Part shown: positions 24,173 to 36,220 of the stretch, in pieces
Layout: every line of letters begins with the position of its first letter
Position numbering within the stretch: the first letter of the stretch is position 1
Assembly: GCA_973895155.1 (NCBI GenBank)
Contig: OZ316895.1
Coordinates: forward strand, 10,528,184 to 10,592,183
DNA length: 64,000 nucleotides
Source: Marsupella aquatica
Taxonomy: Eukaryota > Plantae > Marchantiophyta
Direction of reading: 5' to 3'
The notes under the pieces: model-generated
Databases searched by the model: none
What the model saw: the letters and a program-made list of their open reading frames with translations, nothing else
Told to the model about the DNA's origin: nothing
Position numbers and translations under genes: made by a program

Positions 24173-25520
24173 CATTAGCCAATTGTTTGCAGATTTTGTG
24201 TCACATTTTGGCCAAAAATTCATGAGTGCTAAGGGCAGCATTTTTTAAGACATGGCACAAGCAAAGACGCCCTATAACCACTTGTGAAAACACAAAATTC
24301 AAGGTCGGTGTGACTTGATATAAAGACTGATTTGATCGCTCGTAATAAAATCTGGAAGTTACGTGTCATTTGTTGTGGGGTGATTTTGGTAAAGCCCCAC
24401 CCTCCCCCACATTACCATTGAGTAGTGGTTCTCCCACGGATGCACGGACAAAACTGAAGGCTCCCCATACTACGCTGCGGGTCTGTCGCTGGTGCTGCTT
24501 TGATCGAGCGTGCGGTAGAAGACGTATGTATTGTAGATGAGGTCCTAGAGGAAGAATATGTAGCCCTCGGTAATTGTCACACTTTGCTCAGTTCGTGTGA
24601 GCTAACTACTCTTTTGCCGGTGAGGGAAACGCAAGCCACGTTCGTCTGGCATCACAGACCGTGAAATCAATGACGGGGATGCAGGCAAGCAATATGAATG
24701 CGAGAGTCTGTTCCAGACTTCCAGAACTCCAGACCTAGGCTAGTAATAATTGCGGTGCATTAAATGCGGGCCGAGCGATCTAAATCGATCTAAACCCAAG
24801 ACTCCGCCGAAGCGAGTGACGAAATTTTTGATATTGTCGTTCAGAAGCTTCAGACTCGGCGATAAAGTGGAATGGAGTATTTTTACAGCTCAGAATTGCA
24901 GAACACATTGAAATGAATTATGGGCTGCAGCAGCCGTGTACGCGTGGTGGAGCAGGCTAACTTGCTCTTGTTGGTGGGTGATTGCCCGTGGCTGGCTGGG
25001 TGTCTCACATCATGGAAGTCTCACATTATTTCACTACGCCGTTTGGACGTGCACTCCCATCCATGACTGGAGGAGAGTGCACACTCAGGAAAAGGCACAC
25101 GATCATACTTAATTGACCGATCTTGTGCGTCTTCCTGATCGACTGATTGACTGGACTGACTAATTGACTTACTTCCTGATCGATCGACTGAGGTGGAGCA
25201 GAGCCGAGAGAGGTGATGTTGGTGATGTTGGTGATGTTGTCATTCTATGAAATGTTCATCGGCCGTCCTGAGTTGTTCTGGCGTGGTGGAGGGATGGCGA
25301 GTTTACTAAATGGATGACACGTAAAATCTACCGCAATTCGACCATCCAATGGACCTCACTCGCAAGGGTGGAAATGGAGCCTTCCCTCTCTCTCTTCTAT
25401 CTATATCACAATGATTATGCCTTGGGCCAGCGGCGAAGAAACGCACAGGGGTCTGAGATATTCTCCAGGGCCGCCGGGGGACGAAATCAATTTGCTCAGT
25501 AAAGCTGCATCATTCTACAT

Positions 25521-28500
25521 CTACGATGAAACCTTTCTCCAAGAAGGGGTCTGCATCAGCGCCTGTTTCGCCGAGTTCTTCGTGAAGTCTTCGGGATCAT
25601 GTTTGACTTCAAGAAGCAACGCCACGACTTCCTTCATGGTGGGCCGTTCCGCCGGAACGGAGTGGACGCATAAGAGCGCCACTCCCAAAGCTTGCGTCAT
25701 CTCCTGGATGAAAGCGTCGGGCATTCCTCTCATCCGCGGGTCGATAACCTCCCATGTCGCCTGATGAGTGTTGCCGGTTGCCGATAACTTACTTTGGTTT
25801 ATAGTTTCCTGCACCCATTTCGCGATGTGCCAATTCTCTCCGAGCCCGGGCTCCACCGCCTTCCTGCCTGTCAAAATCTCCAGCAACACGACTCCGTAGC
25901 TGTACACGTCGCTCTTATCTGTTATTTTCATCGTGTATCCATATTCTGCATAGAATCGCAACCATTCTGGTGAGCTGCCACTAAATAAACATGTACAATT
26001 GTACAAAGAATCTGACGTCACAGGCCAAACAGCAGAATTCTGCCCAACGACAAGGCCAAAAACAAGGACCATGTCCGCCTTGTGAAGTTGTGATACAGGT
26101 GACAGTGGCTTAACTCCCTGCTCCTAGATTTCAAGGCCCAGCAGTGGGCCCTCCTCCCACAAACAAGTGGGACCCTTGCAATACCCTTGATATTCATATG
26201 ATAAGTACAGAAACTAGCGGGATCAAGTTACCTAACAGCCTAAGAAGTACCGTTAGCACAACAGCAATGCTACGCTATGAATCGAACCCTCTACAACTTT
26301 CATCAAATCTGAGCTAGCTACGTAGGTTTCCATGGGACATCAATTTTGAGAGGTTCAAGGCAGTCGTACTCAAGCTTCACTAACAAACTGGGAAACCTGC
26401 GCTCTATAGGTACGGGATAGAAATCAAATCCAAAGAACAAGCGACGTCGCCTATCGAATCCAAATTACTGGGATCTGCACAAGGGTGATCAAAGTGTAAA
26501 ATCATTCCTAGTAGAATTTCCCGGTGCAATGCAATTGTTCATGAAGGCAGTAGCAAAGGAAGCTGACCTGGAGCGATGTAGCCGTAAGAGCCAGCCACTT
26601 TGGACACGACCTTGGATGCGTTAGAGGCATCGATAAGCTTCGCGAGACCGAAATCAGCTACATAGGGCTCAAAGCGAGAACCCAACAGTATATTGTTAGA
26701 TTTGACGTCGCGATGCAAAATTGCAGGGAGACAGTCGTGATGCAGATAGGATAGTCCTTGTGCTGCACCGACTGCAATGTTGTACCTCGTCTCCCAGTCA
26801 AGCATCCTCTTCTTCTCGTGAAGTACCTCCCCAAGACTGCCATTCGGCATGTAGTCGTACATGAGAAGGTTAATGTCATTATTTGAGCAGTAGCCCAGTA
26901 GCCTGACGATATTGCGGTGCCGAATGCCACCAAGAATGTCGATCTCAGCAGCAAAAGAGTTCTGATGAGCGTCGCCTTTCCTCACCGGCCACAGCTTCTT
27001 CACAGCAATGACCTCGCCACCGCCCATCTCAGCCTTGTAAACGATGCCAGAACATCCACTGCCCACCACATTCTTCTCAACCAGAGTGTCTAGTACCTCT
27101 CCCAGGGTGAAGTGGAGTTTCTGGAAAGGCGTGAGTCGCCATGGCCAGGGTCCATCGTCATCCAGAAATTGCGCATCCACCCAGTAACGCTTGTAGAACA
27201 GGAAAGATCCCACGCAGAGAATCACCACCGCTGAGCCGAAGAGAAGGCTCACCACCAGAGGTGTCCCGGCTATACCCCCTTTGGTCCTTCCATCTTGACC
27301 AATACCACTTCCCCTCGAATTCGACGAGCAGTTGTTGATGGCATTGCTGCAAAGCTCGGGGTTTCCCTGGAAACAGCTTGCCGGTATAGTGTGGAAGAAG
27401 TAAGTGTCCGGCAAGTTTCCCGAGAAGGCATTGTATGATACATTGAGCGACGAGAGGCTGTCCAGTTGACCTAGAACGGTCAGGCTTCCGGAGAGAAGGT
27501 TGTGGCAGAGGTCCAGCAACTGGAGGTTGATGAGCTGGGCGAATTGTGATGGGAGGGATCCTGAGAGAAGGTTGTAACTCAGGTCCAGCCCGATCACGAG
27601 GCTCACAATGCCGCCCAGCTGGGCTGGAATCTCCCCGCTCAGATTGTTTTGGCTCATGTTCAGCAACTCCAGCTTTTGGCAGCTTGCAACAGACGTCGGA
27701 ATTGGTCCGGAGAGATGATTAGAACTCAAGTCCAGCTGGTTCAAAGACTTGAGATTGCCCACCTCAGTTGGGATGGGACCATCGAACTGATTCCCCGAAA
27801 CGTCGAGAATTTGAAGACTGGACAACTTACCTAGCTCGGCCGGGAGGTTTCCCGAAAGCTGGTTTCCATGCACGTCGAGGAGCTCCAGGGCCGAGCAGTT
27901 GCCGAGCGCTCTGGGCAGAGGCCCTGTGAACCCATTATTGAACAAGTCGAGGAATATCAGGTTTTGCAGCAGCCCAATCTCGCTGGGTATGCTCCCGGTG
28001 AACAAGTTGTTGGCAAGGCGGAGACGGACCAGTTTGGCGCTCCGGCCAATCTCGCGCGGAATCTGCCACGAATAATTCATTCAACACACAATCAATGAGA
28101 TTCCCCCTACACACCAACGAAATCCAGAGCAGTAGGATGATCCTGCTATACTTCAAAGCTTGACATAACAAACTGCCTTGAGACCCGATTACGCCCGCCG
28201 CTTTTCTTGGACGAGCTTAATCCACGACTTTATGCCCAGATAAGTCTACATAGATACTCCCACAGACTATTCGTAGGAACTGTTCACTCTCAAATCAAGA
28301 TCGGAAGCAGATAGACTTGTTGCTGTCAAAAACTAAGAGAAAATGAAGACACCTTTTTCTTGGACCCGAGACCTACATAAAGCCATGGGAATCAAGCTAC
28401 AGGTGTTGCATCTATCTCTTTAGCTGAGAAAATTCAGTGGCAAAAAGGACCGTGCAGTCCATTATCTGGACCGATACGTGAATCAAATGATCATTAGTAT

Positions 28501-30118
28501 ATATCGTGGAGTCTAAATTAATTGTAACGTGATTTGTAGGATCAAGTCTACCTCGACGAAATGGCCCGGGAAATGGAAAGAAGGGCTTTCTACGAGACCA
28601 GGAAAACGGCTTTTGGTGAGCTGGTTTGATCTCCCAGATGTCGAAACAATCACAGATCCAACCTTAGAAAGACGCCTATATCGTGGACTATGAGGCGTAA
28701 TGGTTGAAACTGTTGAAAATAGAGGCGGTGAACTGGATTGCAACCTAAGCACAGAGTTCAATCAAGAGTCATACCTCTCCGGAGAGATTGTTCGAGAGAA
28801 GTCGCAACCTCAGAAGGTTGGGCAGTAAGAAGAGCTCCCGAGGAAGGGTTCCCGTGAGAGCGTTGCTGGTAGCATCGAAGTCGATCAAAGCCTGGCAGTT
28901 GCCCATACTGACAGGAATCTCGCCGGAGAAATTGTTAGCCCACAGAAACAAAGTTTGAAGCCCGGTGAGTCGTCCAAATTCGATTGGAATTGAGCCATAG
29001 AAGCCGTTGTTGTCGACCTGCAGACTCCAAAGGCTGGACACGTTGCCCAGCTCGGGTGGAAGGACTCCGGAAAGGCTGTTGAAACTGAAGAGCATTTGCT
29101 GAAGAGAGCTGAGTCGTCCAAGTTGAGGTGGAATCCTGCCTGTCAATGCATTATAGGACAATTCCAGCACTTGGAGAGAGCCGCACTTGGCAAGCTCAGG
29201 TGGAATACTTCCTGATATTTGATTATGCCACAGATAAAGATCTTCGAGTTGGGTAAGATTCCCGAACTCGGGAGGTATGGAACCCGTTAACTGGTTCTTG
29301 TGAAGATAGAGAGCCTGAAGGGTAGAGATGTTTGCGAGCTCCGCAGGTACGGGGCCGGTGAGATTACACTGATAGAGAGCCATGTTCTGCAGCTTTTCCA
29401 TGCCTCCATATGAAGCTGGGATACTGCCTGAGAGGGAAGTCACAGCGAACCCCAGCACAGTGAGCTGTTTCAAGTTCCCGAGTTCTTGAGGCAACAATCC
29501 TCCTAGGAATTCATTCCCTCCCCCACGCAGCTGCACTAAGTTCGTCAGGTTCCCCAAAGAGGACGGTAGGCTCCCAGTAATATTATTCTGGTAAAAATAC
29601 AAGATTTCTAGCTGAGCCAACAACCCCAGCTCCGGAGGTAGAGGCCCGTCAAAACTATTGTCATTGAGCATAAGCTCTCTGAGCTCCCTCAATTGGCTCA
29701 ACTCCGGGGGGATGATCCCCGTCAGTCCATTGCCGCTTAAATCTAGCACTTGCAGCTGAGTGCAGTTAGCTATCTCGAGTGGTATTGTCCCCGTCAAATT
29801 CAACCCGGACAGAGTCAAGTACTGCAGCGCATCGAGAGATCCAATTTGAGGTGGAATGCTTGCGTACAGAGACAATGCGTGGAGGGTAACATTCACTACA
29901 CGACCTGTCCCAGTCGTGCAGGAGACTCCCATCCATCCTTGGCAGGGGTCGGGATCTTGCGCATTCCAGCTGCTGAATAAGCTCTTGGCGTCCGGGTTCA
30001 CAGACTGCAAGAAAGAAAGAAGCGCACTTCCGTCGGAGTTGATGGCAGCGACTCCACTGCTGCTCATGAGACCCAACAGGAGAATCCAGAGCAGAATTGA
30101 CGACGACGACGACAACAT
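25521..30118 (-). CDS. LRR receptor-like Ser/Thr kinase, subfamily XI, RGI/RGFR-like, ~1087 aa; exons 30118-28775, 28062-26568, 25945-25521
   Basis: Signal peptide, LRRNT (SWN...DPC.GW.GVSC), more than 20 plant LRRs, RxGG (QLRGGGN) and RxR (LVRLRL) motifs, TM, juxtamembrane [11 protein letters not shown], kinase motifs [31 protein letters not shown]|YGY. GT-AG junctions keep the frame (3264 nt total). Confidence 0.95.
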
Positions 30119-31604
30119 TTTTCTGAGCGACCGGTGTTGCAAGTCGGACTATTTACCTTCACCGTCCAATGGTCCCACACTCTAACGGAGTCTGAGTATG
30201 ACCCGCATTGTTAGCGCTGTCACTGTTCATGCAATCCGCAGCGTAGACGGCGGGGCACCCAAAGCCTCGTCTAAAAGACACCCAACGTACAAACTTACCG
30301 ACGAGGATGCGTTCATTGAGATCTAAGCGAAACTTCTTTCCAACATCGCAGAGGCGGAGATCTTTACGTAGACCGCCTCCAAGTTTTCTCGATCTGTTTA
30401 CTCTCGTACATGTTATTTGGCACTAGATTACCTCCTGGCAGCACTGTTTTCTGCAACTAGGCCAGAGCCCGGAGCTTTCTCTAGACCTGGCAAAAGCAGC
30501 AGGATCAGCTCACAATGCTCTCTTCAGAACACCCAAGAGGAGACCCACCGTTGGAATCGTTCTTCATCGATCCCGCCTCTATCTCAGAGCTGTACGAACC
30601 AAGAACGCAAGAACTGTTCGGTCACTCCCGGTCTCGTCATTCCGCGAGGCAAACACAGTTAGTTCAGTTGTTCACTTCGTGCGCTGATCGGACAGCTTGA
30701 GCAGAGAGTCAGTGAGTGAGGATGGAGTACCTGCCGAAGCTCAAGAGTCCGGCACTATTAACGAGAAAAAAAAGCGTCCAAGGAGCTATTCACACAGTCC
30801 AGCCCGACGGACAGTGGGGCCCTTGCTCATGACGAAATCGATCGAACGCATGAGACTGCAAAGTAAGGATTTCGCAGGGAGGGAGGGAGGGAGGCAAGGA
30901 GGGTAGAGTGATCGCCGACCTGTGACCTGATGACGCCGAGCTAGATGTGATAACTGAAATCTCAATGTCAATGTCCGATAGGAAACCAATGGATCGAGGT
31001 ACAGTAGTGGCAGCAGCAGCTACTCACCAGCTACTCATCAGCTACTCTACTCTTCTCCAGCTAGAGGGTCGAGCAAAGAACCTTCATCAGCTACTCTATC
31101 CTACTTTTCTCCTGTTGGGCTGAGCTCCAGCTAGGGGTTATTCGATTGAATAACTCACTGTAGTCTGCTCCACTTCATTGAGTGCTGCAGTTGAGCTAAA
31201 CGAGGACTGGTGTAGCTATCAGGAGAGGAGAATCGAGTGAAGAAATCTACAGTAGGCTCACTTCAAGTGCTGCTGCACGCCTGCACTCAAGAGCTACAGT
31301 GGAGACGAGAACATTACATGGAGTCAGAAATGCTGAGTTCATGAGCTTCAGTGTGGATCTTGCCTCCGGAGCCTAGAGGAGAGCAAGCAGCACACTGACC
31401 ACGGCGTCGTCACAGCCCTATGGGGACACGGGGAGACAAACTAGAGCGATGAGCGGGCTTGTATTTAATTCCAGCCAGAGCCCTAGATGCCATAACTTTG
31501 CGACGATTGTAGTGACAGTTATGTCTGCACTGCTGCACATCACTAATTTCCTTCTCTTCGCTACTCTTGTAGTAGAGATCAAAAGCGAATCTGGCAGTAG
31601 CTTG

Positions 31605-32415
31605 CTGTTTCTCGAGTGATGAAAAAATCTGGCACTTGAATACTCGAGTAGAGAGTGGTCAGACTTCACTATACAAGTTTAGCACGACACTTTTCTGGGG
31701 ACGATAGGGGGCTTCTCGTGTGCTCACATACTTGAAATTTTTGTGTGCTCAAGTCTCTTCTGTATTCTAGAGAGGCGCCACCTGGCTCTATCGTTTGAAG
31801 GAGTAAATCTTATCTTATAATTTGTGTGTTCCTTCTAGTCTCTGTCACTGTACTATAGATTATTCTGAGTCTTCATTAATGATTGTGGTTTCGTGAGTGA
31901 TGGGAAAAATCTGGCACTTGAAAAACGGTAGTATAGTGTGGTCAGACTTCACTTTACAAGTTGGAGTATGACACATTTGTGGGGAGGATTGGAGACTTTT
32001 GGTGTTCTGACATACTTGTTCATATTTCGTCTCTGTTCTAGATAGAGGCTACTTGGGTCTAGCCTTTGAATTAATAAACCTTATCTTATTATTCATGCAA
32101 CTTTTTTTTTCCCTTCTGTGGGGGGGAGGTGCCTAAAGCCCACAGTGGGGGGTCAATGTCCCCAAGTGAGAAGAACAGTAAGCCAAAGCAATGGAGGCTA
32201 CAATAGCTGTTTGCTTTGTTTTCTCGCTTTTTATGAGAAACGAGGGAGATCCTCATATCCGATGGAGGCTAAATTGGTCTCACTTAGAGTACTCGAGGCT
32301 CTGGTGTTTCTTCAGTTTTATCATCTGGTCAGATCTCCTCTTACTATTCTAGGGGAGGCTAGGGGTCTTTTGTGTGCTCACATTCTCGAGTCTTTTGGTG
32401 TTCTCAGAGGCTAGA
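31605..32415. repeat. Diverged ~280-bp tandem duplication plus a partial third copy, upstream of the RLK
   Basis: GAGTGATG..AAAAATCTGGCACTTGAA...GTGGTCAGACTTCACT.TACAAGTT at ~31615 and ~31895. A more eroded copy (TGGTCAGA..., TGTGCTCACAT) lies at ~32325-32410. Confidence 0.75.
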
Positions 32416-32781
32416 GTCTCACCAATCACTCTCCAACTTCTTAAAATTATATAAATTAAAAATATTATCAATTGTGTTTTGAGTTTGGTTTCTCTAGACC
32501 TCTTTTGCTTTTACTCTATTCTACTTTGTTTGACTCTTCTAATAAACATGACCTTTTTCTACCTTGTTTAGTTTGGAATCATCAATGGCATGCAAGGCAA
32601 GGCAATGATATAATTCACATGAAAGCCAACATCCAGGCTCATGCCCCCTGCCCAACTCACTCCTCCCACTGTTTTCAAAGGTGAGACCAAAATACTTCCC
32701 ATGTGCAACATCCCGCTTTGAGGGCGACAGATGATGTAGTGAGGAATGTGTTGATCTTGCAACTTGTGTCTTCTCATTATG

Positions 32782-33085
32782 AAGCTGCTATATGGTGAAT
32801 CCACTTTTCAGATTTTGTGTTCAGTATTTTTATTATCCTTTAATTCTGCCTTAACTAGGTGAATCATTTGTATTCATTTGAATTAACTTTTGGACCCCTT
32901 TTAATTTTAGTGAACTTAAGAGTATTTTGAATGTATTTGGGTTCCCTCATAAAGGTTTAATCTTTCTTTTTCAATCACTCCTTAGTGAATTATCTTTTTT
33001 CTCAGAGAAATGAGTTTGAACAATGTGCACATTTGGTGCACTAAGTTCCCCATGATTTCTTTTACAAAATTTATGGTTTTAATTG
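32782..33085 (+). repeat. Dispersed AT-rich repeat, copy 2, inside a segment bounded by 37-bp direct repeats
   Basis: Homologous to 22389-22730. TGAGGAATGTGTT(G/T)ATCTTGCAACTTGTGTCTT(C/T)TCA occurs at 32740-32776 and 33343-33379. Confidence 0.7.
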
Positions 33086-34999
33086 AGTTGAGTGTTAGTG
33101 CCCAGAAGCAAGAGAAAATTTGTACTTGCACAACTCCTTATTACCTTTGTACTTTTTTGGTCATAATGTGCTTTTCTTTGCATGTGTACTATGTCACTCA
33201 CTCTCAATTAACATTCTTGGCATATACTGTACATGTACTTATTTCTTTTATCATAAAAGAAAAGAAAAGAAAAGAATTATATATCATTACAAGACAATAA
33301 AAAGAGGCATGTTGGAGCCAGGATGAACATGCTATAATACTCTGAGGAATGTGTTTATCTTGCAACTTGTGTCTTTTCACAGAGAACACCTCCCACTGAG
33401 CTATGCACCTTAAAATGAGCCAGCACTGGTACTTAAAAGTAATGTTCCAGTCAAACTTGCTCGGGCAGCAGGCAGTCATTTGCGGTGAGGTGCATGTAAG
33501 CAGCATTATCTCACCTCGAAGTTGCGTCTTGTCCGCAATATGAATTAAGTCGGCTCAGAGGCAGGATGACAATGCTGACCTGATGATATTGCAGACCATG
33601 GCAGGGAGCCACCAAGCACTGAAGAAGCAGCAACTGCTATTCTTCTTCACGCCGGTAGGAGAACCCCATCTCAGTTCAGTAGTGTCACACTAGTAGAATG
33701 CTGAATCCCCACCCTTTGCTGTTCTTCCCAACTGGCCGCTAGGGTTGGGCTGGCATTTGTTTTAATGGTAAAATTTGCCAAGTTCCACCTCACTAGCCTG
33801 ATCACCTGTTCCTTGAACATAAAAAGAAACTAAGACCAAAAAATTCTTGCAAACAAAATAATTCTACACTATCCCCCCTCTATGTTTGCCCCATATCCCT
33901 TTTTTTTTCACCCTCACTTTGCCCTTATTTAAAGTTCAATGTTTTTCCTTATCTTTGAGTCCAGTTTTGTCTTTATATGGAGTTATGGTCTAGAGACTTC
34001 ACTCTAGACCCTAGCCCTTGAAAGTAGCATTTGTTCACGATCTATTAGTAAGATTGAAAAATCTTGACCACTTCTGGCTAAATTTGGGTAAGCTTTTTGT
34101 CTTCCATTATCCAGTTTCCCACCTAGCCGCAGACCCTACTAACAAGAATCTGACATGTCTCCTTCAATCTAGAGAGATCTAGGACCAAAGCTTAATCTAT
34201 GAAAATTAGATATGAAATTGTTCGTGCCATATTCTCTGGCACACAACAAGATAACATAGTCACTCTGGCAAAAAAGAACATTAAAAATTGCCCTGGGCAA
34301 GGCCCTCGTCCTGCCCAGGAATCAAGGAACACAAGGGACATGCAAGGCCTGCTAGAGCTAGGTGGCCTTACTGAACGGCCTAGAGTTCCTGCCATGCCAG
34401 GCACCTGCATGCATAAATACGTTCGTACCGTATGGAAAAATACGTCTATACCGTATGCAGATTTATACACGTGGCATCGTGTGATTACGCTGTAGAACTT
34501 GGGGATCACCTGGCCAAATGGAATTTTTTTAAACTGCAAAACTGCAAAAAATCAGAATGCTCCCGCTTTTGTTATAATAAAATTCTAGGAGGTGCTAGGA
34601 ACATAAACTTGGATGGCATCTCAACTATCCAAATCTATGATTTTTCCTTTGTTGGGTCTCTTGCCTTTGGGATAGTGTCTCCAGGTTTGGCCCTTTTGTT
34701 ATTTAAAATTGATAGATAGGTGAACTTGGCATGGAATTACTCTTTGTTTGAAATGGTAGTTTTAATATATCCTTGTCATTGAGATCCAAATGGACATATA
34801 GATATGGAAGGTTAGGTATCCTATCCTAGCCATGGGTTCGAAACAAAATCCCTCCCCTACCCTGGGATGTAGTTGTTGACATAAAACATGTACCACATAA
34901 TATTAGCCATTAGATTCTCTTAGATCTGGTGATGGCTTCCCTCAGCCAAACATAAATTTGGCGAATGTGATGAAAAATTATTCCTGAACTATATTTATG

Positions 35000-35180
35000 A
35001 CATTGTAGCTCGGATAGACCTTAAAGGTGAGCTAGTCCATTTTACAGAGGTGAGTAGGGTAAAGACATCAGAATAAGTGCTGAACAGAGATCAAGGATAT
35101 CTTGAAAATCATCTTGCTTTTGACATTTGTAACGTTTTCAACTGTGATAAAATGGAGTTGAACTTGATTTGTTAGAGAGC
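35000..35180 (+). mobile_element. Possible pogo/Tigger-type (DDE_1) transposase remnant
   Basis: FDICNVFNCDKMELN resembles the pogo motif NVFNCDETGL, and YRGE upstream resembles HGE. Short and very eroded. Confidence 0.35.
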
Positions 35181-35934
35181 TCATTCAATGCACTTCCTAC
35201 CATGCTAAATATGGCCTTGAGACTTTGAGGAACTACCTGTTAGGTATTGCCTCTACCTTGTATTTGGCTAACTGCGGTTAGCATTAGCTCTAGTTAGACA
35301 CTAGCACAGTTTGTGGAGTGGCTCGATCACTTGAGTGCATAATACTTTAGAGAGTTTCAGTGTGTGAAACTCATTCTACACAGTGAGGTCTTTGGTGAAA
35401 GACCTAGAGAGGAGATGCGCCTTAGAGCTCCGCGGAGGAGGCTATGGTGGACCATGTATATATGATTTGATCATTAGTGATTTCCTCGACGACAATGGAC
35501 ATAGCCCATCCGGGTGAACCACTTATATGCTGTGTAGTCTCATGGTGAATGTGCATGAGTTTTTGGCGTGCGCATTGTTGATGTGACTCTAGTGTCGATC
35601 CTGGTTCAGACATTTTTCCCAACACTACCCAGAAGTCCAGATCAAAAGTTTTCACCCACAATCTACCCTTCCTAACTTACTTTGATGTTTAAAAGGTCCA
35701 TCTGGTGTATGTAAGCATGCTCACAAAAGTTGAGGTCCATCCAAGCAAATTTTTGGTATTTTCTTTCTACCATTTTCACTACCCTAACACCGTACCCCAA
35801 TTGGTTAAACTTACTAATGTGCCCACCAACACTATTTTGATTATCAGGTTGCCCGAGCTTAGATTAATAATCTTGGGCTAATCCATAATCTAGTCAAGGG
35901 CAACCTGATAATTAAATCTTACGTTAATCTTACT

Positions 35935-36220
35935 ATAGGTCTGCTTAACAAGACTAGACTAACCTGAGATGAAAAGCAATGCCTTCACAGACACATGGGG
36001 CTTGCAATTCTCCTGTACGCTCACCCTAAACCAGGTTCCTTATTTTGACACTCACCCAAATGCAGGTGTAGACTATAACTATGAGCAACCACTATCGCAT
36101 TTTGGTCATTCTCATTTCCCCCCACTTTCACGGCCAGAGAAGGCTAGCTTGGATAGATTACGAGCCGTCAACTGCCCCCGTGTCATCTTGGGTTAGTCTA
36201 GTCTGATTAAGTCACCCTAC
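35935..36220. mobile_element. Putative MITE (~285 bp) with ~38-bp imperfect TIRs
   Basis: TAGGTCTGCTTAACAAGACTAGACTAACCTGAGATGA pairs with TCATCTTGGGTTAGTCTAGTCTGATTAAGTCACCCTA. An adjacent inverted pair TTATCAGGTTGCCC / GGGCAACCTGATAA spans 35841-35911. No clear TSD. Confidence 0.5.

Noticed and set aside
33595-33620. TGGCTCCCTG on the minus strand, resembling miR160
   Set aside because: Only a 10-nt match and no foldback.
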